The notes under the pieces were generated by a model. It was not told the DNA's origin and searched no databases. It saw nothing but the letters and a program-made list of their open reading frames with translations. Below are positions 37,518 to 48,315 of a stretch of 64,000 nucleotides of DNA, one piece after another. Position numbers and translations under genes: made by a program. The stretch is taken from IMG/VR virus record IMGVR_UViG_3300025889_018307, positions 20,311 through 84,310 of that record, one strand, 5' to 3'. The stretch comes from a virus. Positions within the stretch are counted from its first letter, which is position 1; each line of letters begins with the position of its first letter.

Positions 37518-37932
37518 AAATATATTTGAATGGCTAGAACATTTAACTTATAAAAAATCTAGCTATAATAGTTTTGAGGAAAAATCTTGGGAGAACTTTA
37601 ATGCTTATATGGTTCATAGATTTGTATCCATGTATGAGGGGTATATTGATATTGCTAATATAGCACAAAGGTTCCACCCTACAGATAAAAGGGGAATTTA
37701 TAATTTTTATTGTGAAATGTTACCTAAAAAGAAAATGTTTTTAAGGTATATTAAATCAAAAATAAAAACATCCCCCAAAGAAATAAAACAATATATTTCT
37801 AATTACTATAAATGTAGTTTGGCTGAGGCAAATGAATATATTATATTATTAAATAAGAGTGATATCAAAATAATTTTTGATAAATTAGGAGTGGAGATTA
37901 AAGAACAAAAACAATTACTTAAAAAATTATAA
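37498..37932 (+). CDS. Clamp loader small subunit (gp62-like)
   Basis: FNAYMVHRFVSM, PKKKMFLRYIK, YYKCS..EA.EY pattern and position. Confidence 0.7.
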   Translation: MSLLNPKNIFEWLEHLTYKKSSYNSFEEKSWENFNAYMVHRFVSMYEGYIDIANIAQRFHPTDKRGIYNFYCEMLPKKKMFLRYIKSKIKTSPKEIKQYISNYYKCSLAEANEYIILLNKSDIKIIFDKLGVEIKEQKQLLKKL

Positions 37933-37934
37933 AA

Positions 37935-38153
37935 ATGGCACAATACAGAGTTATAACAATGCTTGAAAAAACTTTTGAAGCCCAAAGAGAAAGAGCATTA
38001 TTAACACTTGAATTATTAACAGAAAACCCTGCAGGTATAGGTGATCATTCAACAAGTGATTTCTATAATAATGCAGAGGAAGCAGCAAGAGCATTAGCTG
38101 AAGCTGAAGACGTTTTAGAAACATTAAAAAGACATTATGGGGACAATGAGTAA
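37935..38153 (+). CDS. Hypothetical protein
   Basis: ORF containing NPAGIGDHS. Confidence 0.6.
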   Translation: MAQYRVITMLEKTFEAQRERALLTLELLTENPAGIGDHSTSDFYNNAEEAARALAEAEDVLETLKRHYGDNE

Positions 38154-38493
38154 AGAAGAGATAGTAGAACTATTTGAAACAGAATATCCAGAATTATCCG
38201 AAGAGTATAAAAAGATAGGAATGGAAATGTATACTATGTTTGCTGCTAAACATATGGATTATGGGTTAAATAATATAGCTTTAGGAGGAGATATTTTACA
38301 TGATGATAATGATAAAAAATTCTCATTAACAGGTTTAGCTATTAGGTTAACTGATAAAATAAGTAGATTAAAAAACTTATTATTGAATGGTAAAAACTTT
38401 GTTCAAGGTGAAGGAATGGAAGATACTTTTATGGATATAGCTAATTATGGCATTATTGGATTATTGGTAGGAAGGAATAAGTGGAAAAAATAA
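38146..38493 (+). CDS. DUF1599 / nucleotide modification-associated domain 1 protein
   Basis: KHMDYG, IRLTDKISRL, DTFMDIANYGII. Confidence 0.8.
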   Translation: MSKEEIVELFETEYPELSEEYKKIGMEMYTMFAAKHMDYGLNNIALGGDILHDDNDKKFSLTGLAIRLTDKISRLKNLLLNGKNFVQGEGMEDTFMDIANYGIIGLLVGRNKWKK

Positions 38494-38497
38494 TGTT

Positions 38498-39448
38498 TTG
38501 GCTAAAAAAATACCCCCAATTGTAAAAATAATAAGAAATTATAAACCTGAACCAATTAATTTTGGCTATCAGAAAAACATTTCTTACTCTCAACTTTCGA
38601 TGTTTAGAAGTTGTCCCCAAAAATGGGCTCTTCAGTATAAAGAAGGACATAAAAGGCAAACCCCTAGTATTCATACTGTATTTGGAACTGCGTTTCATGA
38701 AGTAGTACAATATTATTTAGATGTAATGTATGAAAAAAGTGGAGCCGCTGCTGATAGAGAAGATCTTGAGGAATTATTAGAAGAAAAATTAAGGGAAGAA
38801 TATCTTACTCAGTATAAAAAGAATAAAAATCAACATTTTAGTTCTTCAGAAGAAATTAGGGAATTTTATGATGATGGGGTTCAAATATTAAGATATCTTA
38901 AAAAACACAAAGGTAAATATTTTAGTAAAAAGGGATGGTTTTTAGTTGGTTGTGAGATACCCATATCAATTACGCCTAATAACGCGTATAAAAACGTTAT
39001 ATACAACGGTTTCTTAGATGTTGTGTTATACCATGAACCAACAGATACATTCCAAATAATCGATATTAAAACAAGTACTAAAGGGTGGAATTCATATGCT
39101 AAAAAAGATGAAGATAAACATTTTCAATTAGTATTATATAAAAAATTCTTTGCAGAACAATTTGGATTAGCAGAAAAGAGTATTGATATTGAATTCCTAA
39201 TTGTTAGAAGAAAAGTATACGAAGGTGGAGAATATCCTCAAAAACGAATACAAACATTCTCCCCAGCTTCTGGAAAGAATAAAACTAATAAAGCAACTAG
39301 AATTTTAAATGAATTTATAAATGAAGCATTTGACTATACAGGATACAAAGAAACACTTCACATTCCAAGACCGTCGAAATGGAACTGCACCTTTTGCCCT
39401 TTTAAAGAAGATGACGAATTATGTAACGTCATTGGTAAAAACTCATAA
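38498..39448 (+). CDS. PD-(D/E)XK exonuclease (Cas4/RecB-like)
   Basis: SYSQLS..CP, FGTAFHE, GFLD, IIDIKT, QLVLY, C-terminal CTFCPF..C. Confidence 0.85.
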   Translation: MAKKIPPIVKIIRNYKPEPINFGYQKNISYSQLSMFRSCPQKWALQYKEGHKRQTPSIHTVFGTAFHEVVQYYLDVMYEKSGAAADREDLEELLEEKLREEYLTQYKKNKNQHFSSSEEIREFYDDGVQILRYLKKHKGKYFSKKGWFLVGCEIPISITPNNAYKNVIYNGFLDVVLYHEPTDTFQIIDIKTSTKGWNSYAKKDEDKHFQLVLYKKFFAEQFGLAEKSIDIEFLIVRRKVYEGGEYPQKRIQTFSPASGKNKTNKATRILNEFINEAFDYTGYKETLHIPRPSKWNCTFCPFKEDDELCNVIGKNS

Positions 39449-39491
39449 TCCGCATATACGTATAGACAAATATAAACCAATAATTAAAACT

Positions 39492-39686
39492 ATGGCTGAA
39501 AAGAAAAACATGACACTTACAAGTGTTAAAGTAAAAAGTGATTTATTTGAAAATTTTAAAATTGAATGTGTAAGACGTAAATTCTCATTTCAGAAACTAT
39601 CTGATAGAGCTATTCACTTATACCTTACAGATGAAGATTTTAGGAAAAAAATACACAGTCACAATAATTTAGAAATTAATCAATAA
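39492..39686 (+). CDS. Small ribbon-helix-helix-like DNA-binding protein
   Basis: LTSVKV strand followed by two helices; preceded by ATACGTATA; first gene of the glycan island. Confidence 0.55.
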   Translation: MAEKKNMTLTSVKVKSDLFENFKIECVRRKFSFQKLSDRAIHLYLTDEDFRKKIHSHNNLEINQ

Positions 39687-39692
39687 ATAAAA

Positions 39693-41123
39693 ATGAAAGA
39701 AGGTTATATTAAAAAAGAAGATAGAAAAAAAATACTTCTTATAACAGATGATATTAGAGTTCATTCTGGAGTTGCCCAGATAGGTAGAGAAATTGTTTTA
39801 AATTCAAGTCATCGCTATAATTGGACTTGCATAGCAGGAGCAGTTGAACATCCTGAGGAAGGTAAAGTTATAGATATTTCACAAGAATTAAATAATTCTA
39901 ATGGATTAGAAGATTCCCATTGCCTTTTATACCCAGCTAAAGGTTATGGTAATATGGATTTAGTAAGAGTAATAATACATAGAGAAAAACCAGATGCGAT
40001 TTTATTAATTACTGATCCTAGATATTTTTCTTGGTTATTCCATAATGAAGACCAAATTAGAAAAGAAATACCAATTGGCTATCTTAATATTTGGGACAAC
40101 TACCCAGCTCCAATGTATAACAAAGAATTTTATGAATCTTGTGATTTACTAATGGGTATATCAAAACAAACAGTTAATATTAATAAGTTAGTTTTGGGTG
40201 ATAAAGGTAAAAATAAAATATTTAAATATGTTCCCCATGGGTTAAATAATAACAAATTTAACATATTAGAAGATGATGATATTGAATTAACTTCTTTTAA
40301 TAAGAATATAGGATTATCTGAAGATAACAAATTTCATTTATTATTTAATTCAAGAAATATTAGAAGAAAACAAGTATCTAATATTATAATGGCTTGGAAA
40401 TTATTTATAGATAAATTATCTCCTGAAGAGGCTAAAAAATGTCAACTTACATTAAAAACCGAAGCTATATTTGAACACGGAACAGATTTAAATGCTGTTA
40501 TAGAATATTTTTGCGATCCTGAAATTTGTAGAGTAGGAATTTTACAACATAAATTAACAACAGAGGAAATGAACTTATTATATAATTCTGCTGATGGTGT
40601 AATTCAAATATCAAATGCTGAAGGTTGGGGATTATCTTTAACTGAAGCTATGTTAACAGGTACACCTTTCATTGCTGCTGTTACTGGGGGTATGCAAGAC
40701 CAAATGCGTTTTGAAGATGAAAAAGGTAATTGGATTGAATTTAATGGTGAATTTCCTTCTAACCATCATGGTAAATATAAAAAACATGGTGAGTGGGCAT
40801 TACCTGTTTACACAGCAGCAAGTACGTTAGTAGGATCCCCTCCAACACCATACATATATGATGATCATCATAATCTTAATGATGTAGTTGATCAGATAAT
40901 GAAGTTGTATAAAATGAGTGATAAAGAAAGAAAATCAATTGGTAAAAAAGGATATGAATGGGCTACAAGTGATGAAGCTGGGTTTACTTCTGAAAAAATG
41001 ACTGAAAAAGTTATTGATGGGTTTGAAGAATTATTTCAAACCTGGAAACCAAGAGAAAAATATAATTTCTTAAAAGATACAGATTACGAAAAAAGAGTTT
41101 TACCACATAAATTAGTTTATTAA
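39693..41123 (+). CDS. Glycosyltransferase, GT-B (GT4-like)
   Basis: RNIRRKQ and SNAEGWGLSLTEAM. Confidence 0.88.
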   Translation: MKEGYIKKEDRKKILLITDDIRVHSGVAQIGREIVLNSSHRYNWTCIAGAVEHPEEGKVIDISQELNNSNGLEDSHCLLYPAKGYGNMDLVRVIIHREKPDAILLITDPRYFSWLFHNEDQIRKEIPIGYLNIWDNYPAPMYNKEFYESCDLLMGISKQTVNINKLVLGDKGKNKIFKYVPHGLNNNKFNILEDDDIELTSFNKNIGLSEDNKFHLLFNSRNIRRKQVSNIIMAWKLFIDKLSPEEAKKCQLTLKTEAIFEHGTDLNAVIEYFCDPEICRVGILQHKLTTEEMNLLYNSADGVIQISNAEGWGLSLTEAMLTGTPFIAAVTGGMQDQMRFEDEKGNWIEFNGEFPSNHHGKYKKHGEWALPVYTAASTLVGSPPTPYIYDDHHNLNDVVDQIMKLYKMSDKERKSIGKKGYEWATSDEAGFTSEKMTEKVIDGFEELFQTWKPREKYNFLKDTDYEKRVLPHKLVY

Positions 41124-41125
41124 AT

Positions 41126-42451
41126 ATGAAAAATACATTTATTATAAGTTGCCCAATTGACACATATAGTGGATATGGAGCAAGATCAAGAGATTTAGTT
41201 AAATCTATTATAGAATTAGATAAATATGATGTTAAAATTTTAAGCCAAAGGTGGGGGCAAACTCCTTTTGGATTTGTCAATGATCATCCTGAATGGCATT
41301 TTTTAAAAAATCATATGATTAATAGTCTTAACCAAAAACCAGATATCTGGGCTCAAATTACAGTTCCTAATGAATTCCAGGCTATAGGGAAATTTAATAT
41401 AGGGTTTACAGCAGGAATAGAAACTACATTATGTGCCGCTCCATGGATTGAAGGTATGAACAGAATGGATTTAAATATAGTTTCATCAGAACATTCAAAA
41501 CAAGTATTTTTGAATTCTAAATTTAATAAAGTAGACCCAAAAACTAATCAAAATATAGGTGTTGTAGAAATGCAAAAACCTATAGAAGTATTATTAGAAG
41601 GTGCTAATTTAAACATATATAAGCCTATTGAAGAAGATGAAATTACAGAATTAAATTTACTAAAGGATATTAATTCAATTCCTGAGGATTTTGCCTTTTT
41701 ATCTGTTGGACATTGGATGCAAGGGAGTATGGGTGAAGATAGGAAAAATATAGGAGTTACTCTTAAATCTTTTTATGAAACATTTAAAAATAAAAAGAAA
41801 CAACCAGCATTAATTTTAAAAACATCTTCAGTTAATTCTTCATATATGGATAGAAGAGAAATTATGAAAAGAGTAAATGCAGTTCGCAGTAGTTGTGAGG
41901 GAAAATTACCTAATGTTTATATATTACACGGTAATTTTACTAATGAAGAAATGAATGAATTGTATAATCATCCTAAAATTAAAGCAATGGTATCTCATAC
42001 TAGAGGAGAAGGATTTGGAAGACCTTTATTAGAATTTAGTTTAGTAAATAAACCTATTATATGTTCAGGATGGTCTGGACAATTAGATTTTTTACAAAAT
42101 GATTTTACATTATTATTACAAGGAGCTTTAACTAATGTTCATCCTTCTGCCCAACAGAAAGATATGATACTTGCAGAATCTCAATGGTTTCAACCTAACC
42201 CTCAAGAAATACATAGAGCTTATAAAGAAATATTTGATAATTATAAAACTTGGGTAATTAAAGCAAAAAGACAAGGATATTATAGTAGAACTTATTTTGC
42301 TTTTGAAAATATGAAAGCTAAAATTATAGAAATTTTAGACAAGAATGTTAAAATTGTAGAAGAAGTTGCTTTAAATTTACCAAAACTTAAAAAAATAGAA
42401 AATAAACAAAAATTACCTAAATTAAAACTACCTAAATTAAGCAAAATATAA
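41126..42451 (+). CDS. Glycosyltransferase, GT-B (GT4-like)
   Basis: SGYG, DRKN, RGEGFGRPLLEF. Confidence 0.88.
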   Translation: MKNTFIISCPIDTYSGYGARSRDLVKSIIELDKYDVKILSQRWGQTPFGFVNDHPEWHFLKNHMINSLNQKPDIWAQITVPNEFQAIGKFNIGFTAGIETTLCAAPWIEGMNRMDLNIVSSEHSKQVFLNSKFNKVDPKTNQNIGVVEMQKPIEVLLEGANLNIYKPIEEDEITELNLLKDINSIPEDFAFLSVGHWMQGSMGEDRKNIGVTLKSFYETFKNKKKQPALILKTSSVNSSYMDRREIMKRVNAVRSSCEGKLPNVYILHGNFTNEEMNELYNHPKIKAMVSHTRGEGFGRPLLEFSLVNKPIICSGWSGQLDFLQNDFTLLLQGALTNVHPSAQQKDMILAESQWFQPNPQEIHRAYKEIFDNYKTWVIKAKRQGYYSRTYFAFENMKAKIIEILDKNVKIVEEVALNLPKLKKIENKQKLPKLKLPKLSKI

Positions 42452-42909
42452 TGGATGAATTAATACTATGCCCTAAATGTGGTTCTGATGCTTGTTACAA
42501 ACAAGAAGTAAATGAAAAAATTACTAATTATATGTGTTATGGTTGTGGTTTTATTTCAAATACTTTAATGAAAGATGGTGAAGAATATTGGGAACAACAA
42601 TTAATGTCACTTCCTGAGTTATACAAAGATTTAATATATAAAGATAAAAATGACCAATATTGGATTCCTAATACTGTAAACCAACCAGAATTAGGAATGG
42701 TGTTTGTTAATGGTTCAGATAAAGATAATTGGTCTTGGGCTGCTGTAAAAGCAATTGAAGTTGAGGAAAAAGATAAAATAAAATACCCAATTCCTGGAAA
42801 ATCCGGTGAATATTATAAACATAGAATGGATATGGAAAATTTAAAATCTTTCGACCCAGAACGTGGTTATATGGATGCACTTTCGTATATTGGGGTATTA
42901 CCTGAATAA
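42451..42909 (+). CDS. Zn-ribbon hypothetical protein
   Basis: CPKC...CYGCG. Confidence 0.6.
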   Translation: MDELILCPKCGSDACYKQEVNEKITNYMCYGCGFISNTLMKDGEEYWEQQLMSLPELYKDLIYKDKNDQYWIPNTVNQPELGMVFVNGSDKDNWSWAAVKAIEVEEKDKIKYPIPGKSGEYYKHRMDMENLKSFDPERGYMDALSYIGVLPE

Positions 42910-42917
42910 ATAATAAT

Positions 42918-43550
42918 ATGAAAATAAGTTATGCTATTCCTGTTTGTAATGAAATAAATGAATTACAAAGATTAGTTGATTTTTTATTAAAACATAAACG
43001 TGAAGAAGATGAAATTGTTATTTTATTTGATTCACAAAATGGTTCTAAAGTAGTTGAAGAATATTTAAGAGCTAAAACAATAAATACTAAATCACCATTT
43101 GTATGGTATTCTAACTCTTTAAATAATAATTTTGCTAATCAAAAAAATTATCTTGGTAAGATGTGTAATGGAGATTGGATATTTTTAATTGATGCAGATG
43201 AATACCCAGATGAATACCTTTGTACAGCATTGCCTTGGATGATAGAAAATAATCCAGAGGTGGAAGCATATGCGATTTCTAGAATAAACACAGTTTCAGG
43301 ATTAACAACAGAACATGTACAAAAATGGGGATGGGGTATTAATGATAGAGGTTGGGTTAATTTCCCTGATAAGCAAATGAGAATTTATAAAAATGATCCT
43401 GATAGAATTAAATGGATAAATCCAGTACATGAACAACTTACAGGTTTTAATAAATTTTCACATTTACCTAGTAATGAAGAATATTGCCTATATCACCCCA
43501 AAGACATAGAAAGACAAGAAAGACAAAATAATTTTTATGAAACACTCTAA
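42918..43550 (+). CDS. Glycosyltransferase family 2
   Basis: ISYAIPVCNE, WIFLIDADE, VHE. Confidence 0.88.
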   Translation: MKISYAIPVCNEINELQRLVDFLLKHKREEDEIVILFDSQNGSKVVEEYLRAKTINTKSPFVWYSNSLNNNFANQKNYLGKMCNGDWIFLIDADEYPDEYLCTALPWMIENNPEVEAYAISRINTVSGLTTEHVQKWGWGINDRGWVNFPDKQMRIYKNDPDRIKWINPVHEQLTGFNKFSHLPSNEEYCLYHPKDIERQERQNNFYETL

Positions 43551-44355
43551 AATAGGATTTACTTGTAGTACATTTGATCTTCTACACCCAGGACATATTT
43601 TAATGTTAAAAGATTGCAAAAATCATTGTGATTATTTAATAGTGGGGTTACAAACAGACCCTACTATAGATAGAAAGGATAAAAATAATCCTATTCAAAC
43701 TTTAGAAGAAAGATTTTTGATGATTAGTTCAATAAAATATGTTGATGAAGTTAGAATATATTCAACCGAAGAGGATTTAATTAAATTAATTAATAATATT
43801 AAACCTGATATTAGAATAATAGGATCAGATTGGGAAGGTAAAAAAATAACAGGATTTGATTTATCCCCTATTTATTTTCATAATAGGAATCATAATTATT
43901 CAACTACTAATTTAAGAAAAAAGATAGTAGATAATCAAAATCCAAGATTAAATGCTTCTGAAATACATAATAGTGTAAAAATAATAAATCCTGTAAATTT
44001 ATATGGATGTAAAATAGGAAAAGATAGTTTTATAGGTCCTTTTGTTGAAATACAAAATAATGTAAAAATAGGAAATAATACAAGAATAAGTAGTCATTCA
44101 TTTATTTGTAGTAGTGTTGAAATTGGAAATAATTGTTTTATAGCTCATGGGGTTATGTTTGTAAATGATAATTTTACTGAGGAGAGAGAAAATTGGATTG
44201 AAAGAAAGACAAAAATTGGTGATAATGTAAGAATAGGAAGTAACGCAACTATTTTACCCGTAAATATAGGAAATAATGTAGTAATAGGAGCTGGCGCTGT
44301 CGTAACTAAAGACGTCCCAGACAATTCAATAATAAAAGGAAATCCAGCAAAATAA
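43537..44355 (+). CDS. Fusion of a TagD/RfaE-II-like nucleotidyltransferase and a left-handed beta-helix N-acetyltransferase
   Basis: FDLLHPGH..YSTT N-domain; hexapeptide repeats ending GNPAK. Confidence 0.85.
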   Translation: MKHSKIGFTCSTFDLLHPGHILMLKDCKNHCDYLIVGLQTDPTIDRKDKNNPIQTLEERFLMISSIKYVDEVRIYSTEEDLIKLINNIKPDIRIIGSDWEGKKITGFDLSPIYFHNRNHNYSTTNLRKKIVDNQNPRLNASEIHNSVKIINPVNLYGCKIGKDSFIGPFVEIQNNVKIGNNTRISSHSFICSSVEIGNNCFIAHGVMFVNDNFTEERENWIERKTKIGDNVRIGSNATILPVNIGNNVVIGAGAVVTKDVPDNSIIKGNPAK

Positions 44356-45137
44356 TGAAAATATCAATAATACATAATTTATATAAACGTAATCCTTATG
44401 TAAATGAATCCATACAATATAATATTTTAGCTTTAGAAGAAGCTAAAGTTGATTATCAATATATTCTTTTTAATGATAAGGGTGATAAAGATATCTATGA
44501 TGATGTTAAAAATCTCCTAAATAATAAAGTTGAATATTATTATAGTAAAACAAATTATGGGATGGGGAAATGTAGTGGGGGTTGGATAGGCGCAATTCCA
44601 TTATTAGAGGGAGATATTGTACATAATACAGGACAGGATGATGTGTTTGTAGCTGATTTTTATAAAAAAGTAAAAGAAACATTTTCAAATCCTGAAATAA
44701 TGTTTTTTAGTTGTAATGGTATAAGAACTGATGAAAATTTAAATCAACAGGGCCCTATGATTCCTCCTCAATATCAACCTGATTATTCAAAACCTTTAGA
44801 TAGATTTAAAGAATGGTTTGGAATTATTGGAAATGAAATTACTCAAACTAATAATGGTATGTTAGCTCCTGGTACTTTATATCGAAAAGAAATTCACGAC
44901 ATAATAGGTCCTCCTTCACTTAATGAATTTTTTGGAGTTTGTGATTTTGAATATTGGGCACGAATGTTATTTTTTGAAATTAAGGGATATTATGAATCTT
45001 CTCCTTTATGGTTATATAGAATATCAAACCATTCAATAAGTCATAGTGAAAAAATAGAAAATAAGGATCATAGACCTCCTTATTTACAAAAAGTTAAAGA
45101 AAAATATACACAGTTATGGAAAGAAAAAATGCAATAA
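44355..45137 (+). CDS. Glycosyltransferase family 2-like
   Basis: ISIIH, GQDD, DFEYWAR, YR. Confidence 0.75.
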   Translation: MKISIIHNLYKRNPYVNESIQYNILALEEAKVDYQYILFNDKGDKDIYDDVKNLLNNKVEYYYSKTNYGMGKCSGGWIGAIPLLEGDIVHNTGQDDVFVADFYKKVKETFSNPEIMFFSCNGIRTDENLNQQGPMIPPQYQPDYSKPLDRFKEWFGIIGNEITQTNNGMLAPGTLYRKEIHDIIGPPSLNEFFGVCDFEYWARMLFFEIKGYYESSPLWLYRISNHSISHSEKIENKDHRPPYLQKVKEKYTQLWKEKMQ

Positions 45138-46045
45138 TAAGTGGAGGAGCAGGTTTTATAGGAGGACATTTATCATTAAGATTACTTAAAGAGGGTTTTA
45201 ATAAAGTTTATTTAATAGATAACTTAGTAAGAACTAATAGTTTAAGAAACATATCTAAAGATAAAAAAATTGAATTTATTTATGGTGATATTTGTAATTT
45301 TGACTTTACTGTATTAAATGATATCACTCATTTTTTTCATTTAGCAGCAACTCGAATTAATAGATGTGCTGCTTATAATAAGGAAGGACATGATTATATA
45401 GCATCTGGGGGATTTAACGTAGTAGATTATTGTGCTAAAAATAATATCAAATTATTTTTCTCTAGTACAGCTAGTGTATATAACAAACCAAAACGTCAAC
45501 CTATACAAGAAGATGATCCTTGTACACCCCATACAATATATGGAGCTGGAAAATATTATACAGAAAATTTAATACGCAGTTATGATAATATGGTGGGGTT
45601 AGATTATACTATTAATAGATTTTTTAGTGTATATGGAGTAGGAATGGATTGTGAAGGAGCATATACTGAAGTAATATTTAACTGGTTAAATAATATAAAA
45701 AATAATAATAAAAATATAAAAGTATTTGGGAATCCAGATAAAAAAATATTAGATTTAGTTTATGTTGATGATGTTATTGATGCTATTATGTTATCAACAT
45801 TTAACTCTAATAAAGAAGTATTTAATGTGTCTACTCAAAATGGAGTAACATTAACAAAACTAATTAGTACAATTGAAGATGTAACTAATACTAAATTAAA
45901 TGTTGAGATAGTTCCTGAAAATAGAACAGATATAGAAAATAAAAGAGTTGGAGATACAACAAAATTAAAAAAATTAGGATGGGATCCTAAGTACAATCTT
46001 AAAGATGGAATTATTAGTACTAATGATTGGATAAAAAATAATTAA
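45116..46045 (+). CDS. NAD-dependent sugar epimerase/dehydratase
   Basis: GGAGFIG, HLAA, SSTASVY, YGAGK. Confidence 0.92.
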   Translation: MERKNAIISGGAGFIGGHLSLRLLKEGFNKVYLIDNLVRTNSLRNISKDKKIEFIYGDICNFDFTVLNDITHFFHLAATRINRCAAYNKEGHDYIASGGFNVVDYCAKNNIKLFFSSTASVYNKPKRQPIQEDDPCTPHTIYGAGKYYTENLIRSYDNMVGLDYTINRFFSVYGVGMDCEGAYTEVIFNWLNNIKNNNKNIKVFGNPDKKILDLVYVDDVIDAIMLSTFNSNKEVFNVSTQNGVTLTKLISTIEDVTNTKLNVEIVPENRTDIENKRVGDTTKLKKLGWDPKYNLKDGIISTNDWIKNN

Positions 46046-46710
46046 TGATACAAATAATAGACAAACCTTTAAAAGAATTAAAAATAGGAATTATAGGCTT
46101 TAGGAGAAGTTTTATAAAAACAGCTTTAAATAAATTTAATTTATCTTATACTTATATTAATAATAAGAATATAGAAGAAAATGAATATGATATTATTTTT
46201 GGGTCTGGAGTGTATAATATTCTTTCTGAAGAATTTATAAAAAAACCTAAATATGGATGTTTTTTTATCCATGAAAGTCCTTTACCCGAAGGAAGAGGAC
46301 ATGCTCCTATTCAATGGGCATTAGAAAATAAAAGAAAAAATTTAACATTATCCCTATTTAAGGTATTACCTGGAATTGATGATGGTAATATAGTTTACCA
46401 ACATAATAAAGAAATAAATAAATTTGATACTGTTGAGTCAATAGAACAAAAAAGACTAGAGGGAATTACTGAATGTTTTGAATTATTTTTAGAAGAATTA
46501 TCTAAGGGTGTGATAGTATTAAGAAAACAAACAGGTAAATCAAGTTATAACCCTAAACGCAATCCATCAAATTCAGAAATTAAATCTATCCCTAATGTTG
46601 ATTTATTTTGGGATGAATTAAGAATGTGTGATAATGAAAAATACCCAGCCTTTTTTAAAATAGGAAATAAAAAAATAACATTAAAATATTCTATAGATGA
46701 TTATAAGTAA
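46045..46710 (+). CDS. Formyltransferase (sugar N-formyltransferase-like)
   Basis: IHESPLPEGRGHAPIQW and IDDG. Confidence 0.85.
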   Translation: MIQIIDKPLKELKIGIIGFRRSFIKTALNKFNLSYTYINNKNIEENEYDIIFGSGVYNILSEEFIKKPKYGCFFIHESPLPEGRGHAPIQWALENKRKNLTLSLFKVLPGIDDGNIVYQHNKEINKFDTVESIEQKRLEGITECFELFLEELSKGVIVLRKQTGKSSYNPKRNPSNSEIKSIPNVDLFWDELRMCDNEKYPAFFKIGNKKITLKYSIDDYK

Positions 46711-47599
46711 ATGCCCATTAAGAGTTTCATTAGTAGGAGGATCTACTGATTTGCAATCTTTTATTAATAAATATGGGTATGGACAAGTAATTAGTTTTCC
46801 AATATCTTTGTATACTTATATTTCTTTATCTAAAAGATATGATAATAAGTATGTTATTAATTATACTAGGAGAGAAAATGTAAAATCACCTGATAAAATT
46901 AAAAATGATATAGCAAGAGAATTAATTAAATATTTTAACCTACCACCTCTTACAATTACATTTAATGCAGATATCCCAGCAGCTGGTAGTGGGTTAGCAG
47001 CATCCTCTTCATATATGGTTGCAGCTGTAGCAGCTGCTTGTAAGTTTAAAGAACTAAAATGGTCACAAGCTGAAATATGTAAAGTAGCTCATGAAATAGA
47101 ATTAAAATTTAACCCATTAACTGGTTATCAAGATACTTATGGTTGTGGTTTACCATCATCAAAATTAATGGTTTTTGAGGGTACTAATGTTAATGTAAAA
47201 TTTATAAAGCTCCCAGAATATAAGATGTATTTATATAATACAGAAGTAAAAAGATCATCAACTAATATTCTTAAAACTATTGATGTAATAAAAAGTTATC
47301 CTTTATTAGAATTAGTAGATAAAACTTATAATTCACTTAATAACCCTAATAAATTTTTTAAGTTATTAAGAGATTCTTGGAATACTAAAAAGCAAACATC
47401 AAACGAGATTTTAAATAATAAAGAATTATCTATTTTAGATGATAAATTAGAAAAAGATTCATCTATAAAATTTCATAAATTATGTGGAGCTGGGGGTGGT
47501 GGGTATTTTTTAACAATAGTAGATGGAAAAACCAACATTAAAAATAATAAAATAAAAATTAATATAGATAATAAAGGAGTAGTAGTATGGGAAATTTAA
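46697..47599 (+). CDS. hddA: GHMP kinase, D-glycero-alpha-D-manno-heptose-7-phosphate kinase-like
   Basis: PLRVSLVGGSTD, GSGLAASS, GYQD, KLCGAGGGG. Confidence 0.85.
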   Translation: MIISKCPLRVSLVGGSTDLQSFINKYGYGQVISFPISLYTYISLSKRYDNKYVINYTRRENVKSPDKIKNDIARELIKYFNLPPLTITFNADIPAAGSGLAASSSYMVAAVAAACKFKELKWSQAEICKVAHEIELKFNPLTGYQDTYGCGLPSSKLMVFEGTNVNVKFIKLPEYKMYLYNTEVKRSSTNILKTIDVIKSYPLLELVDKTYNSLNNPNKFFKLLRDSWNTKKQTSNEILNNKELSILDDKLEKDSSIKFHKLCGAGGGGYFLTIVDGKTNIKNNKIKINIDNKGVVVWEI

Positions 47600-48315
47600 A
47601 AACAATAGTATTAGGTACCCCCTCAGGGGGAAGTTCATTTACCTATAAGGTAATAGAAGAGTATTTAAAAAAAATAAATCCTAATTTAAATAGTTGCCAT
47701 GAGCCTTCAATGATACAACCTTTAACTTATTGGTGGGAACAATTTAAATCTTTTAAAGAAGTAGAGGATAATTTTGACATAGCATTAAATCATTATAATA
47801 AATTTTCAAATTCTGATCTTATAAAAGTAAATTATTATACTAGATTTTTAAATAAAAATTTTATAAAAAATGAAAATTTAATATTTGTTATTAGAGCTCC
47901 TTGGCAGTGGGCTAAAAGTAGTTTAAGCATGAGATTTGGTGAAAATTACTTTTATTGGATGACTTATGATAATAAAAATTTAGGTAAAGATAATTTTAAA
48001 CATATTATAGATCTATGGATAGAAATATATAATCAGGTATGGAATAATATGAAAAACTATAACAATAATATTTTATATTTAAATTATTATGATTATGTTG
48101 ATAATTATAAATTTTTAGAAGAATTATTAAATAATTTTTATAAACCCCAAAATTATATAACAATAAATGATTACACAAATAAACAATTAGTTCATACAAA
48201 CAAAAGAAGATCTAAAGGTGAAACTATTAAGGATATAAATCCTAATTATAAAGATTATAGATTAGATGAAATAAAAAGTATATTTTCAAATTTTAAAATT
48301 AAGTTAGATGTCTAA
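47587..48315 (+). CDS. Sulfotransferase-fold protein
   Basis: GTPSGGSS, HEP, VIRAPWQWAKS. Confidence 0.6.
   Translation: MGNLKTIVLGTPSGGSSFTYKVIEEYLKKINPNLNSCHEPSMIQPLTYWWEQFKSFKEVEDNFDIALNHYNKFSNSDLIKVNYYTRFLNKNFIKNENLIFVIRAPWQWAKSSLSMRFGENYFYWMTYDNKNLGKDNFKHIIDLWIEIYNQVWNNMKNYNNNILYLNYYDYVDNYKFLEELLNNFYKPQNYITINDYTNKQLVHTNKRRSKGETIKDINPNYKDYRLDEIKSIFSNFKIKLDV

Noticed and set aside
38498-39448. Cas4 as evidence of a CRISPR system
   Set aside because: Stand-alone Cas4/RecB-like nucleases are common in phages; no cas1/cas2 or array is present.
46045-46710. Formyltransferase as a preQ1-formylating DNA modification enzyme
   Set aside because: It sits among sugar genes and no QueF (needed for preQ1) is in the window, so sugar N-formylation is simpler. 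Not fully excluded.
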